From Octopus vulgaris (taxonomy: Eukaryota), in the NCBI GenBank assembly GCA_951406725.2, contig OX597816.1, forward strand, positions 51,646,001 through 51,710,000: a DNA stretch of 64,000 nt, read 5' to 3'. The stretch's first letter is position 1. Each line of letters begins with the position of its first letter. Positions 15,125 to 28,552 of this stretch are shown here, one piece after another. A program made the position numbers and the translations under genes. The notes beneath the pieces were generated by a model. The model was given only the letters and a program-made list of their open reading frames with translations, made no database searches and was not told the DNA's origin.

Positions 15125-15711
15125 TCCTCGCCACCCTCCTTCAATCGGATAGGCAAAGCAGTTTTCCATTGCCAGGTGGCTGTGGCGAAGGAGGGTCGTT
15201 GGTGGACAAGGCTGAAAGGCTTGACGACAGACACATTCTCCCTTAGCAGATCTCTCATTGAATTCTTCAAGGTTCACTTAGAAATGAAACTGATGGTGGA
15301 GAGAGAAGTGTTGTCCTCGTGAAAGTTTATTGAGAGGTGTGTGACAGTTGCGAAAATGGCAAGAGTGGATGGTACCTCTCTGAGTGTAGATCTGTGAGTC
15401 GGAGAGAGGGAATTGAAGAGGGCACTTGCTCTTGGTGTTCAGGGAAATCTCGAATAGTGGGGTTCCTCGATTATCCTTAGAGGACATTATGTATCATAAG
15501 GGCTCCATCTCTATCATCACTGCCTGTTTTTTCTAACTTTTGTATACAATGTATATCTTCCTTCCTTTTCATTATACACCGTGTATACTAGCTTTTTTTT
15601 GTTATTTATTCAGTTATTTTGTCATTGCACTATAAGTAAACTCCAACACTTTATGTCTGTCTTTGTATTATCTCCTTCATCCTTCGCCCTGGTGGCAAAT
15701 AAATGAAATCT
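15125..15711 (+). mobile_element. 3' end of an L1/Tx1-like LINE (ORF2 C-terminus, 3' UTR, AATAAA, then a (TTA)n tail)
   Basis: Translates FNRIGKAVFHCQVAVAKEGRWWTRLKG...FFKVHLEMKLMVEREVLS*KFIERC, resembling the AKxxxWxxR...ER...FxxRW end of L1/Tx1 ORF2; aataaa at ~15698. Confidence 0.55.
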
Positions 15712-15734
15712 TTATTATTATTATTATTATTATT

Positions 15735-16877
15735 CAGTAGTTTTACTTTTATAGCGTGCTTTCACTTCACTACCGAGCGCAGCTCTGTGTGCCTTGGGTA
15801 TGTGCTGTGATTTGTTGTGATGCTCTGATGGTTATTGTATGGAAAGTGTTCTGCGTAGGATGTGTGCAGTGCCTAGTAGTGCAATTTTCTGTATGTTATA
15901 TGTGTTTGTAAGTCCTGGTGTTTTTGTTATGTATTTGTCTGAATATTTTTTTATCATGCCTAATGCACCTACTATGATAGGAATTGTTTCTGTTTTTAGA
16001 TTCCACATTCTGGTTACCTCTAATTCCAGGTCTTTGTATTTTGAAAGTTTCTCCATTTCTTTTAGAAACACGTTGTCATCTGCCGGTATTGATACATCAA
16101 TTAGAAAGCATTTTTTTCTTCATGGTCTCTGACAACTATATCTGGTCTGTTGGCCTTAATTTCTCTATCTGTGTGTATCGGCATATCCCAGAGTATGGTT
16201 GCTTTCTCGTTTTCTGTGACCTTTTCTGGTGTGTGCCTATACCATCTTTTTTCTGTTGTTATTCCATAATGTTGGCATAGCTTCCAGTGTATGTAGGTTC
16301 CAACTCTGTCATGTCTGTGAATATATTCTTCTTAGCCAGGACTGGGCAGCCAGAGATAATATGATTTATTGTTTCTTGTCCATCTCCACATATTCTGCAG
16401 TTACTTGTTATATTTCTTTTCATTACATGTTTTTGGTAATTTCTGGTGGGGAGGCTTTGGTCTTGTGCTGCAATTAAAAATCCCTCTGTCTCTGCTTTGA
16501 GTCCTGAGCTTCTCAACCATTGCTGGGATTTTTCTTTGTCTATTTCTTTTGCGTTTAGTTTAGTCCAGTATTTACCATGAAGGGCTTTTCTTGCCATCGT
16601 TTTATCATGGTTCGTTGCTGTTCTATGTTTAGTTTGGATTTCATTTGTTTTATAGCTTTTGTTGTTTCATCTTCTTCTTCTTCATATTTATTAGGTGGTA
16701 TAATTTCTTGTTTGTATTTTTTAGCTTCCTTAAATACTGAGAACAGTTTTTTGTTTTGCTCGTGTTTTGCCGCTATTTGTATCAGTTTTCCTTCCTTCTG
16801 AAGTAGATATTTCTGCAGTCCTATGGTGGTTATTTTATAGTAGTTTCCCAGCTGTATAAGGCCTCTACCACCTTCTA
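15735..16877 (-). mobile_element. 5'-truncated R4/Dong-like non-LTR retrotransposon (RT C-terminus, CCHC knuckle, restriction-like endonuclease), frameshifted
   Basis: GGRGLIQL; LKAETEGFLIAAQDQSLPTRNY; CRICGDGQETINHIISGC; TILWDMPIHTDREIKANRPDIVV; KLSKYKDL..IPIIVGALG; (TTA)n on both sides. Confidence 0.9.
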
Positions 16878-16880
16878 TAC

Positions 16881-16951
<71 letters not shown>

Positions 16952-16963
16952 CATTGTTATTAT

Positions 16964-16997
<34 letters not shown>

Positions 16998-17565
16998 ATT
17001 CATTATCATTATCATTATTGACATCATCTTGTATAGACGTTTACCGACATCTTGGAGATGCTTCCATGGAAATGTATGTATTGTTGTAAGCATGTGGCTT
17101 TCGAATATTTTGATACCTTACTCATTAACCAGTGTTGAGGAAATGGTTGCCGTTTAGAAAAATACTTTTCTTATTGTCTTTAAATTATTTTAAAATTTAC
17201 TATTAATTTAACCTGGTTCAGATTTCAGCTTCTGCAACAAGAACTGGTACGGAACAGCTCTGTTTGCACACTCGATGATAGCGGGAATTTTTCTTTAAAT
17301 TTGAAAACGTTCGCTAATAAACGGTAAACAAATGATAAATTAGATATAATTGCATAAGTAGATCCAGTGGACATTTATATTTTAACAAATAATAATCAAT
17401 AACGGTAATTTTAAAGCATTGCTAATTTTAAAGCATTGCTCGCTAAAGAACAGTTTTCGGACGACGGAAGGATCTTTGTGAGATTGCTATTTCCGAGAAC
17501 GTACAAATGGGTGAGTTACATCGGTTTCTGCAAAATCAGATGCGTCTACCATTATCTTTAAAATA

Positions 17566-17934
17566 ATGTTACAAATTGTCCTAATCCATCTTTATTTCAT
17601 GATGTTTGTTCTTTTTACCGCGGAAGGGTATATGGAATTATTTGCCTAATATACAAACTTATAATGCGTTGAAGCACCACGCATCAACATATTGGCTTGC
17701 TCCGCTAAACTTCGAGCGACAGAATACAAAGATCATATTGTTCTCAAATTTGGGTCATGTATGTACGGGTATGTGATGAGCATAAATGTAACTATTTGCA
17801 ATACGTGGACATGTGACATTCAAAGTTTCGTAGACACTATAAACCAAACATCTATTCCGGAGATGTACTCCATTCTGGAGTGAGAAACGAAACATAGCGA
17901 TTAGATTGGGGATACAGGCTAGAAAGTTCAGTTG
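17566..17934 (+). pseudogene. Putative decayed intronless Cys-loop receptor/AChBP-like pseudogene
   Basis: Co-linear motifs: signal peptide-like MLQIVLIHLYFMMFVLFTAEG, LPNIQTYN(A)VEAP (loop A-like, shifted frame), C..LKFGSCMY (loop B-like), PEMYSIL (loop C/beta10-like), DTG*KVQL (GEK-like); requires several deletions. Confidence 0.45.
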
Positions 17935-18292
17935 CTTTGTACGGGGAAGTAAGAGTTGCAACTTCGCGACTTTGGGAGCAGCAAAGCTAGAGAAATTAAG
18001 TGAAAAAATATTACAGACAACAACAGAAGCCATATAAAAACATCCTCTCATCTGTTGGTTCTAGAATACCATAGGGTTCAGTTTCTAAGTAAGTAAAGGA
18101 TAAATGAGAAATGAAAAGTAAGCTCTAATCCACCAAAGTCACACAAGACTGACAGCGAAGAAATAGACTCCATTCCCGATTACATGAAATGTAAAACCCT
18201 TCAAAGAACCAGCGCAGAACTTATAGATCCTAATGTCCGTTCGAACAGAACAGCCATGTTGAAGTGGCAACAAACATTACCTGTATGTATGC

Positions 18293-18346
<54 letters not shown>

Positions 18347-18498
18347 GGTGCATTCTGTTACGAACGCAGTAGAGTACGGTATAAACCTCGCCCACCTTCA
18401 GATTTACCCTCTGCTAGCCAATAGTAGTATTATACGTATTTCCAAGTTTGCGTTTAGGCATCTGTCGTGTGTGTCCAATTTTTTCAATTATATATATA

Positions 18499-18561
<63 letters not shown>

Positions 18562-18639
18562 GTATATGTATGTATATGTATGTAAATGTATGTATATGTA
18601 TATGTATATGTATGTATAGGTATGTATATGATGTATATG

Positions 18640-18694
<55 letters not shown>

Positions 18695-18721
18695 TTATAA
18701 CAGAAGACCGAAAAACACTAA

Positions 18722-18990
18722 TTTTAATTCCAAGTTACAGGTGTTTTATTATAGGATAGGAGTTACAGCGATATAGATGAATGATGGTATATGTATAGAA
18801 TCTCCTATATGTAATTCTTCTGTCCGAAGAATAATACAAAAAAAATGATATATTATTTATTCAAATCTAATCACGTACCATTCTTCGTCTGAAGAATACA
18901 TTAGTAGATTATATATAAGTGTGTCTTCTACATTTGTTTCTTCGTGTTTGCTACACTGCAATGAAACACGTGTAACATGGAATTAAATAT
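18722..18990. mobile_element. Decayed PLE-end-like inverted repeat with a hammerhead-like remnant
   Basis: ttttaattccaagttacaggtgttttatt (18722-18750) is the inverse of aatgaaacacgtgtaacatggaattaaat (18960-18988); CTGAAGA at 18889, GAAACACGTGTA at 18963. Confidence 0.4.
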
Positions 18991-21619
18991 ATACCAAATA
19001 TTTTCCACTCTTTGTTTTAATTTGTATTTACTTTGCAAATAGGGTTCCACACAAATTTAAAATGCTCTGTGTATATTATTGCAAATAAAACATCTACATA
19101 CATATATTTCATTATAGGGAACATGCAGATAAGCTTCACGAGGACACAGTTTAGATTATAACGTTTTGTAATATATTCAGTGTTTATAATCTAACATATG
19201 CATATGTATGTGTGTATATATATGCATACATACATACACGCACACACACACGCACACACACACTCACACACACACACACACACATATATATATGTACATA
19301 TATATGTACGCACTCACATACACAGACATATATGTATATATGTACATATATATATATGTATGTATATGTACATATATATATACAAACACACCCACATATG
19401 CACACACACATATACACACACGCACATATATACACGTATGGATATACGCATGTATTTATACATTACGATTTATCTGTATTTCTAGAATTTTACAACTTCT
19501 GATGTCTTAATATACATAATATATTGTCTATGCCCGTTTGCACACACATATATACACGTTTATATACGTATATTCCGTAGCCTCATTCTGACACATTTTC
19601 CATTAATGAAAAGGACCCTTATGGAAAATATACTGAAAATATTCTTGTTATTACAATTATTATAGTTGCTCTTGTTGTTGATTTTGTTGTCCTTGTGGTA
19701 GTAGTCACTGCCATCGTTATCGTCGTCGTCATCATCACCATTATCATTATCGTCATTCATGTGTTAATTATTGTTTTGATTGACTCATTCTCTTCTTTTT
19801 TTTTTCTTTTTCCTTTTGCATATTTATAACCATAGCTCGTGTTATAAGCTTGTGTTTTTTCACCATACTATACTCAACACTGTTTATATTTTGCACTAAT
19901 TATTAAGGTTGGTGATTATCTTACTGCTTCAGTCTCCCTCCTTTGTTGATCATGTATTATATGTGTTTATCTTATAGACTGATATTTATTTTGTTTTAAT
20001 TTCATGCACATTTCCTTGATAATATATTTGTGTTTTGAAATTTATCATCAGTCAGTTGATGCTAGAGTGTTTTAGTAAGATGATCACCGTTTAAATTGAA
20101 AATTTTCGTTTTTTTTTTTTTATTTTTTAGTTTCAGTTTTGCTAAGTTGTAACTTTATTGCTGTTTGTCTGGCAGTTTTGCTGTGTTGTAACTGGAAGTT
20201 ATTTAGCGCCTATTCTTCTTGTTAACTAACTGTGTTAACGAGATTTATACAAGAAATATATGGAAGGATTTAAGTGTAACGTCGTTAATAGTTACAAGTA
20301 CTGGAAGTTACATATATAACTCGTGTGCATTTCAGTATATAATACGGTGTAGTGGAAGTAGTTCATGTAATACAATGCTGCATACAGTATAAAGTAAAAA
20401 CGTAGAAAGATTATTGTTGTCCAGTGTAATGCATTGAAGAATGTATAATATAGAGATACCAAGGTTGAAAATGTTAGGGGAGTTGTGTATATTTTGTGGA
20501 GTCTATTGTAATGCATAAAGATTTTCCAATATTGTAATGCTTCTAGCAGATCCAGGTTGTTATCTCAAGGCTCAAACTATATTTCCCATATTCCAATATT
20601 TCCATATTTAATATATATATTCATAGATATAATTTTTGGTATGGCACAGGCTGTAGTAATTAATACTACTGTTCTAGTTGCCAGACTTATGTTGTTCTGT
20701 ATGTTTCTTTATTTTCTTTACACACTTTAATTTATTATCGTCTGAGCTGTATAGTATTATGTTTTTTTTACAATTTTTCATGATTCATTCTCATGCATTT
20801 TATTATTTATTTGCGAGTTTCGTCCCAAAAGATATTATTGATGGGATAATTACTTACATGGGTTGCATATATAATTTTTCGTTATTTACATTGTTTTTAG
20901 ACTCCATGCCGCTTTTGTTATTGAAAACAAAGAAAGACAAAAATCTGATATTTGTGTTTACGGTAATATCTACAATTATAGTATATACAGCTGATACCGG
21001 ATGCAAAAGTGATAATCTACGATTTTACGCGTCGAAACGTCACGAGATTGTGGAAAATGATTGGCGGAATGATTTCCAGAATGAAAAAAAGTGATTTTCA
21101 TTCAGACATTTTACTCCTCTTTAGTTAGTATTACCAAATAATTATTTTCAAATATTTTTCAATATCCACTACCTTATAGTTGTGAGTGTGTGTATGTCCG
21201 TATTACGCAATGCTATATATATATATACATATACATTAGTATATATATATACATTTATGTATATATATATACTAATGTTTGTGTATATATATGTATATAT
21301 TTGTTTGCATATATACATATATTGAAATGTATGTATGCTTGTATATATATATATATATATATATACATTGATAGATGTTAGTATGTAGGTATTTGTTATA
21401 TATGGGTGTAAAGGCATATATTTTTGTCACAGTTATCGTACACATATAATTGCATATGATTCATATATATCTACACATATATGCATAAATATACGCTTAC
21501 AGTTAATGAACATATGTGTATGTGTGTGTGCGTGTGCATGTGTGAGTGTGTTGGTGTATGGATGCATATTTTGCATATGTACATATATATATATGGATAT
21601 ATATATACATACATACATA

Positions 21620-21675
<56 letters not shown>

Positions 21676-21724
21676 ATAGAGAGAGATACATATAGATATA
21701 GATATATAGATGTACGTATGTATA

Positions 21725-21771
<47 letters not shown>

Positions 21772-22158
21772 TATTTATCTTGTATATGTGTCGCGTATAT
21801 GAAAGTTCATATAATGCATGCATAGAGTTTACATTTTTGCATGTATATGTATAAGTACTTATGTATATATATATATATATATATACATACATATATATCT
21901 ATATATATGTATGCATATATACATACATATATATACGTATATGCATATATATGTATGTATATATATACATACATAATATATTCGTATATATATATATATG
22001 TATATGTATCATGTGTATGTATATATTTACATATCTATATATGTATGTATTGTATGTATATACAATTTGCTTCAATATCAACCTTATGTGCGTTCAATAG
22101 AATAGTAATGCGTTATACCATAAACAAATATTATTTTCACACATACTATAACTTAATC

Positions 22159-22793
22159 CTAAAGACCTGCACCGTCATCATCTGTTACCAAAAGAGGCAC
22201 AATGACCAAAATCCCAACGACTGTGCTGATTGTAATAAATAGGAAAGTCCAGAATAGTAATTTGTCAATGACGAGTGCCACTTGTTTCCATTCGTCCATA
22301 ATTGCAGTTTGATTGTCTTCTTCGTCGCTTTTAGCAACCAGAAGCCTCAAATACTTGAGAGCCTCCTCTGAGAAAAATGATCGACGATCGTGCTCCGGAA
22401 GGTCACTCCCGTTGTCTCCGGCGAAAGGGTTCTGCGCTCTCGTACTGGAAAACTCTGTCCTTATATCTGATAACATTCCAATTTCCCTTCTATATGGTTT
22501 CGGATTTGTTGAAACACTCACCTCGTTCATTAACTTCGTACACATCTCGGTCGGGTCAGCAAGTCTCTCAGCAGCGGCAGCGCTTGGTTTCATGTTGACT
22601 CGACGACGTCGGGAGAACCGACATACAGGTTTGCAGCGACATCGTAGGAAACTTGATAGGCCTTTCAAAACGAATCGCCGCACCCACGGTGGAACCTCAC
22701 GCTGATTCGGGACGCAGTGGTGAAGTTTCATTACCATTACTGATAAAACTACAGACACCGATGACATGGCCATTGAGACGGTTAGATAAATAC
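22159..22793 (-). CDS. nAChR subunit (alpha9/alpha10-like, no vicinal Cys), terminal coding exon: M3, cytoplasmic loop, M4, stop
   Basis: Acceptor tccacag|GT; [36 protein letters not shown]...[25 protein letters not shown]; phase 1 matches the upstream exon (G|GT = Gly). Confidence 0.95.
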
Positions 22794-23666
22794 CTGTGGA
22801 AAAAAGACATAAAATGTTATTATGAATGTAAAAATATAATAAAAATGGTATCAAATACACTACAAAAGACTTCATATTTTTTGGCAATGGATTAAAACGG
22901 GGTACTAGGCAAACACTTAACCCATACACGTGGGTGGTGTGCCGGCATAATCAATAGGATAACAGCCAAAATAGTACATGTTATTTACTTTCGTCCCTTT
23001 GCGATCTAAGTTCAAAAGTATTGAAAGTTACCGGATCAATATAATTAAGTCTCAATCACATACAATATTCAATTTAATCACTCTTTAGTGTATGTATGTG
23101 TGTGTGTGTGTGTGTTTGTAGCCTTGTGGTAATACTAGAAATTACTACAGGTTTAAGAAGTGTACAGTATTTGATTCTGATCCAACATGGCGTATCCGTA
23201 AATAACACTGCTGTTCTATAGTAATTATTACTAATTCCTCACATACTTACTCCCGTTGCTCTATCTCCAATACACACACACGCGTGCGTCTGTGTCAGTG
23301 TGTGTCTGTGTGTACTTACATATAATTAAATACGTTTGTTTATCTTTCTGTAATAATAACAGTTAGAAATTTTCCATATCAATTATGTCTACTAATTGTA
23401 GTCTAGACTCAGACTAATAATTCAAATTATTCTTCACATGTAATAAGTTTAAAACGCTAAACACATGACAGATGTAATTATAATTTTCCCCTAAAAATGT
23501 ACATAAATATACACCACAAATCTGTGTTATGTATATGTGTACTCTCTATAATAATTGGGGAATTTGATTACAATTTGCAAACATACAGAGAGATGTAAAA
23601 CTAATTAGAGTAGAATTTATTAAGGTAATTATTTCCAAATATGTTTAGTGTCAGTTGAAATGTTTG

Positions 23667-23769
<103 letters not shown>

Positions 23770-24229
23770 TTGTGTGTTTATGCAATCTGCACTAACTTCT
23801 AAATTAAGAACTAAGAGTTATATGTTGGCCAAGGAATAATACTGAACTTTCTCATACGGCGTCATAATTCTTTAACTTGAAAGTGCGTTCAAAAGATTTC
23901 CTAACTTTGAAGATACCAAATTCTCAGACTCACTCATTCATTCGGGAATTCTGGCGTTGGTGCATTATATTTATTTTACGACTGTTGAATGCACTTTTTT
24001 GTTCTGGATTATGTACTCTTTTCGGACAGCATACATACAGACTTTTACAACCACACACACACGCACACACATACACACACACATACTTCACACACTCACG
24101 CACGCACACATACGTGCACGCGTAAATCTGTTTGTATATACATTCATGTAAATGTGTGTATCCTATAAACATATTCCACACATACTCCATTTACATATAT
24201 TTGTGTGTGCAAGTGTGTATATGTATATA

Positions 24230-24301
<72 letters not shown>

Positions 24302-24302
24302 T

Positions 24303-25208
24303 ATATAATAACAATTTAATAAATAAAACATATGCATACATACATATATGTACATACCTACATCTTTATGTATATATACAAGCATATATGGGTACAGTAC
24401 ACCAGAAAAAAACGTAGAACACAACGAGAAACGAAAACATAAAAACAAAACCAGGAAACATACTTTTTTAACAACGAAAAAACAGAGACCAAGACATACA
24501 ACACAAGGAACATTCCCCTTCTTCAGCTGCCCCTTTTTCGACTCAATGCGTGTTTCGAAGGTTCATCCTTTCTGGTTTATTCTCCTCTCCCTTTCACCGT
24601 TCCCTCTCTCTCTCTCTCACTCCTCCTCCCTCTCGTCGCTGACCAGAGGGCTACTAACTTTCTTTTTGACTAGTGCCTTCAACAAGTCAACAACGGCTTC
24701 TCCTGTCCTCGTAAGCCGTTCTTCAGGATGCGTTCAAATGAATTTTTCCACAGTCTAGGTTTAAAAAGCCCGCATTGTTGGTTTCTCCTTGTCCTGTCTT
24801 TTACTGTTTTCATCTTTATTTGTACTGTTTTTTCTTTATTTGTATTGCTTTTACTGTCATTTTCTTGTCACCATTTTTACCCTTCCGCTAAAAATTTTTT
24901 ATTTAATTTCCTTTGCGGGAAGGAATGTTTCAAAGTAGTCGTGTTCTGCCCTTACCTTCGAAACACACATTGAGTCGAAACAGGTGCAGCTGAAGAAGGG
25001 GAATGTTCCTTGCGTTGTATGTCTTGTACTCTGTTGTTTTCGTTATTAAAATAAAGTCTGTTTCCTTGTTTTGTTTTTGTTTTCGTTTCTCGTTATGTTC
25101 TACGTTTGTTTTTGTGGGGTCCTGTACCCATATATGCATGAATATGTAGGTATGTACATATATGTATGTATATATTCATATGTTTTATTTATTAAATTGT
25201 TATTATAT
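24303..25208. mobile_element. Non-coding repeat with ~260-bp inverted arms (24303-24562 / 24954-25208), PLE-type inverted-end architecture, in (TA)n
   Basis: The arms are reverse complements; 24563-25208 is homologous in opposite orientation to 38565-39420. Confidence 0.75.
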
Positions 25209-25265
25209 GATTGAACGCACGCGTCTTCCTCCAAATAAGTTTTATACATACATACACACACACAT

Positions 25266-25417
<152 letters not shown>

Positions 25418-26154
25418 TGTTACATAGTGAATGTAGCTACTTATGTACTATGGATTAACGCTAATATTAAGAAAAAATTGGAGACGCCGCACTTCAGCTG
25501 ATATTGTCTTGAAGCTGTAAAAATATTTGAACTCAACATCGTAACCTCTTCACTGTAACATATATATTTATTGTGCCTAGCCGCAGTTTATTAGATTTTG
25601 CTAGCCTAAATAAAGTATTTTCTAGCTGTACAATTAATGATAATTTGCAGGAAATTCTTCACTATTAGAATATTTTATTTATTAGTACAAAACTCCAGTT
25701 TTCTCCAACACAGAGAATCTTACACAATATTCTATGTATATATTTATATTTACGCATCCATCTGCGTGGTCAGTTCAAGGAAAATTCCGGTTCCTATCAT
25801 GGCAGCGGGAACTAGAATTTGTAAATAATTTATACTGCAATTCGTATGTATCTATTTGTACTATAGCTTCATCAGTGCTAACATCAGTCCATCCTGCATT
25901 ATAATTTTGCTTGTCCTAGTTTATCATGAATTGCGACAAATTGATTATCTCTTACTTAGAAACTCGAAAGCCGAAACCAATATAGTAACTTTCTCAGTGA
26001 GATCGCTCCACACAGACACAAATAAATACATTAATAAAAAAGAAGTATGTTGTTACATAATTAAAAAAAACATTCTATGTCAATTATCAACTATAATTTT
26101 TGATACTTAAATGTCTAGACTAAAGATGAAACATTGAATTTATTCATTTCTTTG

Positions 26155-26218
26155 CTATCATTATCATTATTATTATCATCATCATCATCCTTATTATTAT
26201 TATTATTATTATTATTAT

Positions 26219-26253
<35 letters not shown>

Positions 26254-26350
26254 TTACTATTATTATTATTATTTTTATTTTTATTATTATTATTATTACT
26301 ATTATTATTATTACTATTATTATTATTATTACAATCGTTATTATTATTAC

Positions 26351-26430
<80 letters not shown>
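26155..26430. repeat. (TTA)n/(GTA)n microsatellite
   Basis: Directly visible; explains the poly-N/L/I ORFs. Confidence 0.95.
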
Positions 26431-26431
<1 letters not shown>

Positions 26432-27222
26432 CGAACAAGCAATTAAACAATAAGTGTAATATATAATATGCCCGGGAATAGCAGCCATAACGAGAAAAAG
26501 CTGGAATTAACGGAGATGAAATTACATCTAAATGTCTATAAATAATACCAACAGTAACTGTGGCCACCATGACATTAATCATGGCAAGAAAATATCAAAT
26601 AGTATTTCATGTGCCTTGAGAATTCTAGGAAAATAGAAAACAAAATTTAATTCTAATGTGCATTTAATTCAAGAAGATATTTATCTTTGAGGCAATTATA
26701 TATTACTAAAAGCCATTATTTTATATTCATTTATGCACAGTCTCTCATTGTAACATTTAAGTAGACATTATGTGTGTGAGAGTTTGTGCGTGTTGGGGAT
26801 TCTGAGTGTGTTTGTCTAATTCTGTGCGTTCTGTGCATTTATATGCTGGGTCCGGAGATAGGGGTTGTGGCCATGCTCTGCGCAGGCTCTCCAAGACCGG
26901 TGAGATTCATGTTATTAATGTTTTGCTTGAAATTTTGCAAGTCAAAACCTGCATGAAATGCGTCAGCAGGAAAGGGTGCTCCATTGAGATTGAACGCTAT
27001 GGAAAAGGAAGGAATTGCTTCAGTGTTTAATACGGGTAACGGAGTGGGTGAATAGTCTGTAACCTAAGAAGCAGTGGAGATTATTTTAAGTTACCACTCA
27101 ATTTTATGGGTACCTCCAAGATGCTCTTGTGTGTGTGTGTGTGTATGTGTGTGGGGGGTATGGATGTAAGGTAAGTTGTTTGTGGCTTATCTCAAATGCT
27201 GTGAGTTACCATATGTAACATT

Positions 27223-27516
27223 TGTGGAGACACATGGCCTAGTGGTTAGAGCAGCGGACTCGCTGTCGAGGGATCGCGGGTTCGAATCTCAGACCGCGCG
27301 ATGTGTGTATTTATGAGCGAAACACCTAAGCTCCACGTGGCTCCGGCAGAAGGTAATGGCGAACTTCGTCTGACTCTTTGACGAAAGCTTTCTCTCACTC
27401 TTTCCTTTTTGCAGCTCACCTGCGACGGACCGGAGTCCAGGTTGGGAACCTATGCGCCAAGGAAACCGGGAAACCGGCTCTAATGAGCCAGGCGTGGCTC
27501 GAGAAGGAACAAACAA
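27223..27516 (+). mobile_element. tRNA-derived SINE (family C) with 13-bp TSD
   Basis: tggcctagtggttagagcagcggactcgc...gggttcgaatctc (A and B boxes); TSD catatgtaacatt at 27210-27222 and 27517-27529; head shared with 52939 and 62141. Confidence 0.85.
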
Positions 27517-27685
27517 CATATGTAACATTATTACAGAAACCACATTCCTATCTCACACACATACGCTATATTAAAGTTCTTCACCTATTTTCTGTCTTTA
27601 CTCACATACTTTAAGCTACCTCCACAGTTATAAATTCATATTACAACAGACTATAAATTCACACACGAAGTAAATACTATATATT

Positions 27686-27760
<75 letters not shown>

Positions 27761-28017
27761 GTCTTTATATATCAAAGGGAGCACTTAGCAAATCAATGTT
27801 ATATTCGAATAGGCATAAATTATGTTTCAAAGAGTGTATAATCATAATTATATTGAATAAAAGCGAAATTCAGAGTGATGCTATGAGCGTTTCGGTAAAG
27901 GGGAGATCTTTCCATTCTATACCATTATAGAATTTTAAAAAAAGTATGGAATATTGGTAGTAAAAACGAAGCAAATTACGGAGTGAGAGTGCGAAGCAGT
28001 GATGTGCATAAATGCAA

Positions 28018-28552
28018 TGTTATTACCAGTTCAAAAATGCTTGTGGCTCGCTCGAACTCGTAAACAAGCCATTCACTGTGTTTTGCTATGGAGAATGTCA
28101 TAGGGTGTATATACACCATTTGCCCACAGCGAGAAGTTCCGGTGAGCCGTCGCATGGCACTATTAGGCATCGTATGGTGACTGAAATAGCATAAAAGAAA
28201 CAATCTCTTTTATCACATCGCAGCGTCTCCTACCTAGCGTCTGTGACCAAATAGGGAGATAACCACTCCGAAATGCTTTCATCTGTACGCAGCGCCACCT
28301 ATATAGACTGAGAGATGCAAGCATTTCGGAGTTGTTATTTCCTATTTGGTGGGGCGCTTCAAACTGATAAAAGAGATTGTTTCTCTTGTGGTTATTTCAG
28401 TCACCGTACGATGACTGATAGTGCCATGCGGCGGCTCAACGTAATTTCTCGATGTAGACAAATGGTGTAAAATACACTCTGCGACAAAACACAGTGAATA
28501 GCTTGTTTACGAGTTAGAACGTGCCACAAGCATATATGAACTGGTAATAACA
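28018..28552. mobile_element. ~535-bp palindromic foldback element (MITE-like) in the last nAChR intron
   Basis: Termini tgttattaccagttc / gaactggtaataaca; arms pair along nearly their whole length (gtaaacaagc/gcttgtttac, acaatctcttttatca/tgataaaagagattgt, actccgaaatgctt/aagcatttcggagt). Confidence 0.85.

Noticed and set aside
17406-17440. 17-bp tandem duplication taattttaaagcattgc (and a ~33-bp imperfect one near 51573-51635)
   Set aside because: Ordinary local duplications with no further structure
20985-21050. Hammerhead-like ctgatac..gatgc..gcgtc-GAAACGTC
   Set aside because: The core is broken and stem I does not pair; at most a decayed remnant
22794-22929. N-terminal part of ORF 22159..22929 (and the tail 29350-29447 of ORF 29350..29958)
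   Set aside because: Intronic read-through beyond the splice sites
27227-27300. tRNA gene (also 52939-53010 and 62141-62215)
   Set aside because: A and B boxes are present but the acceptor stem is poor, and the sequences continue into SINE bodies, one with a TSD
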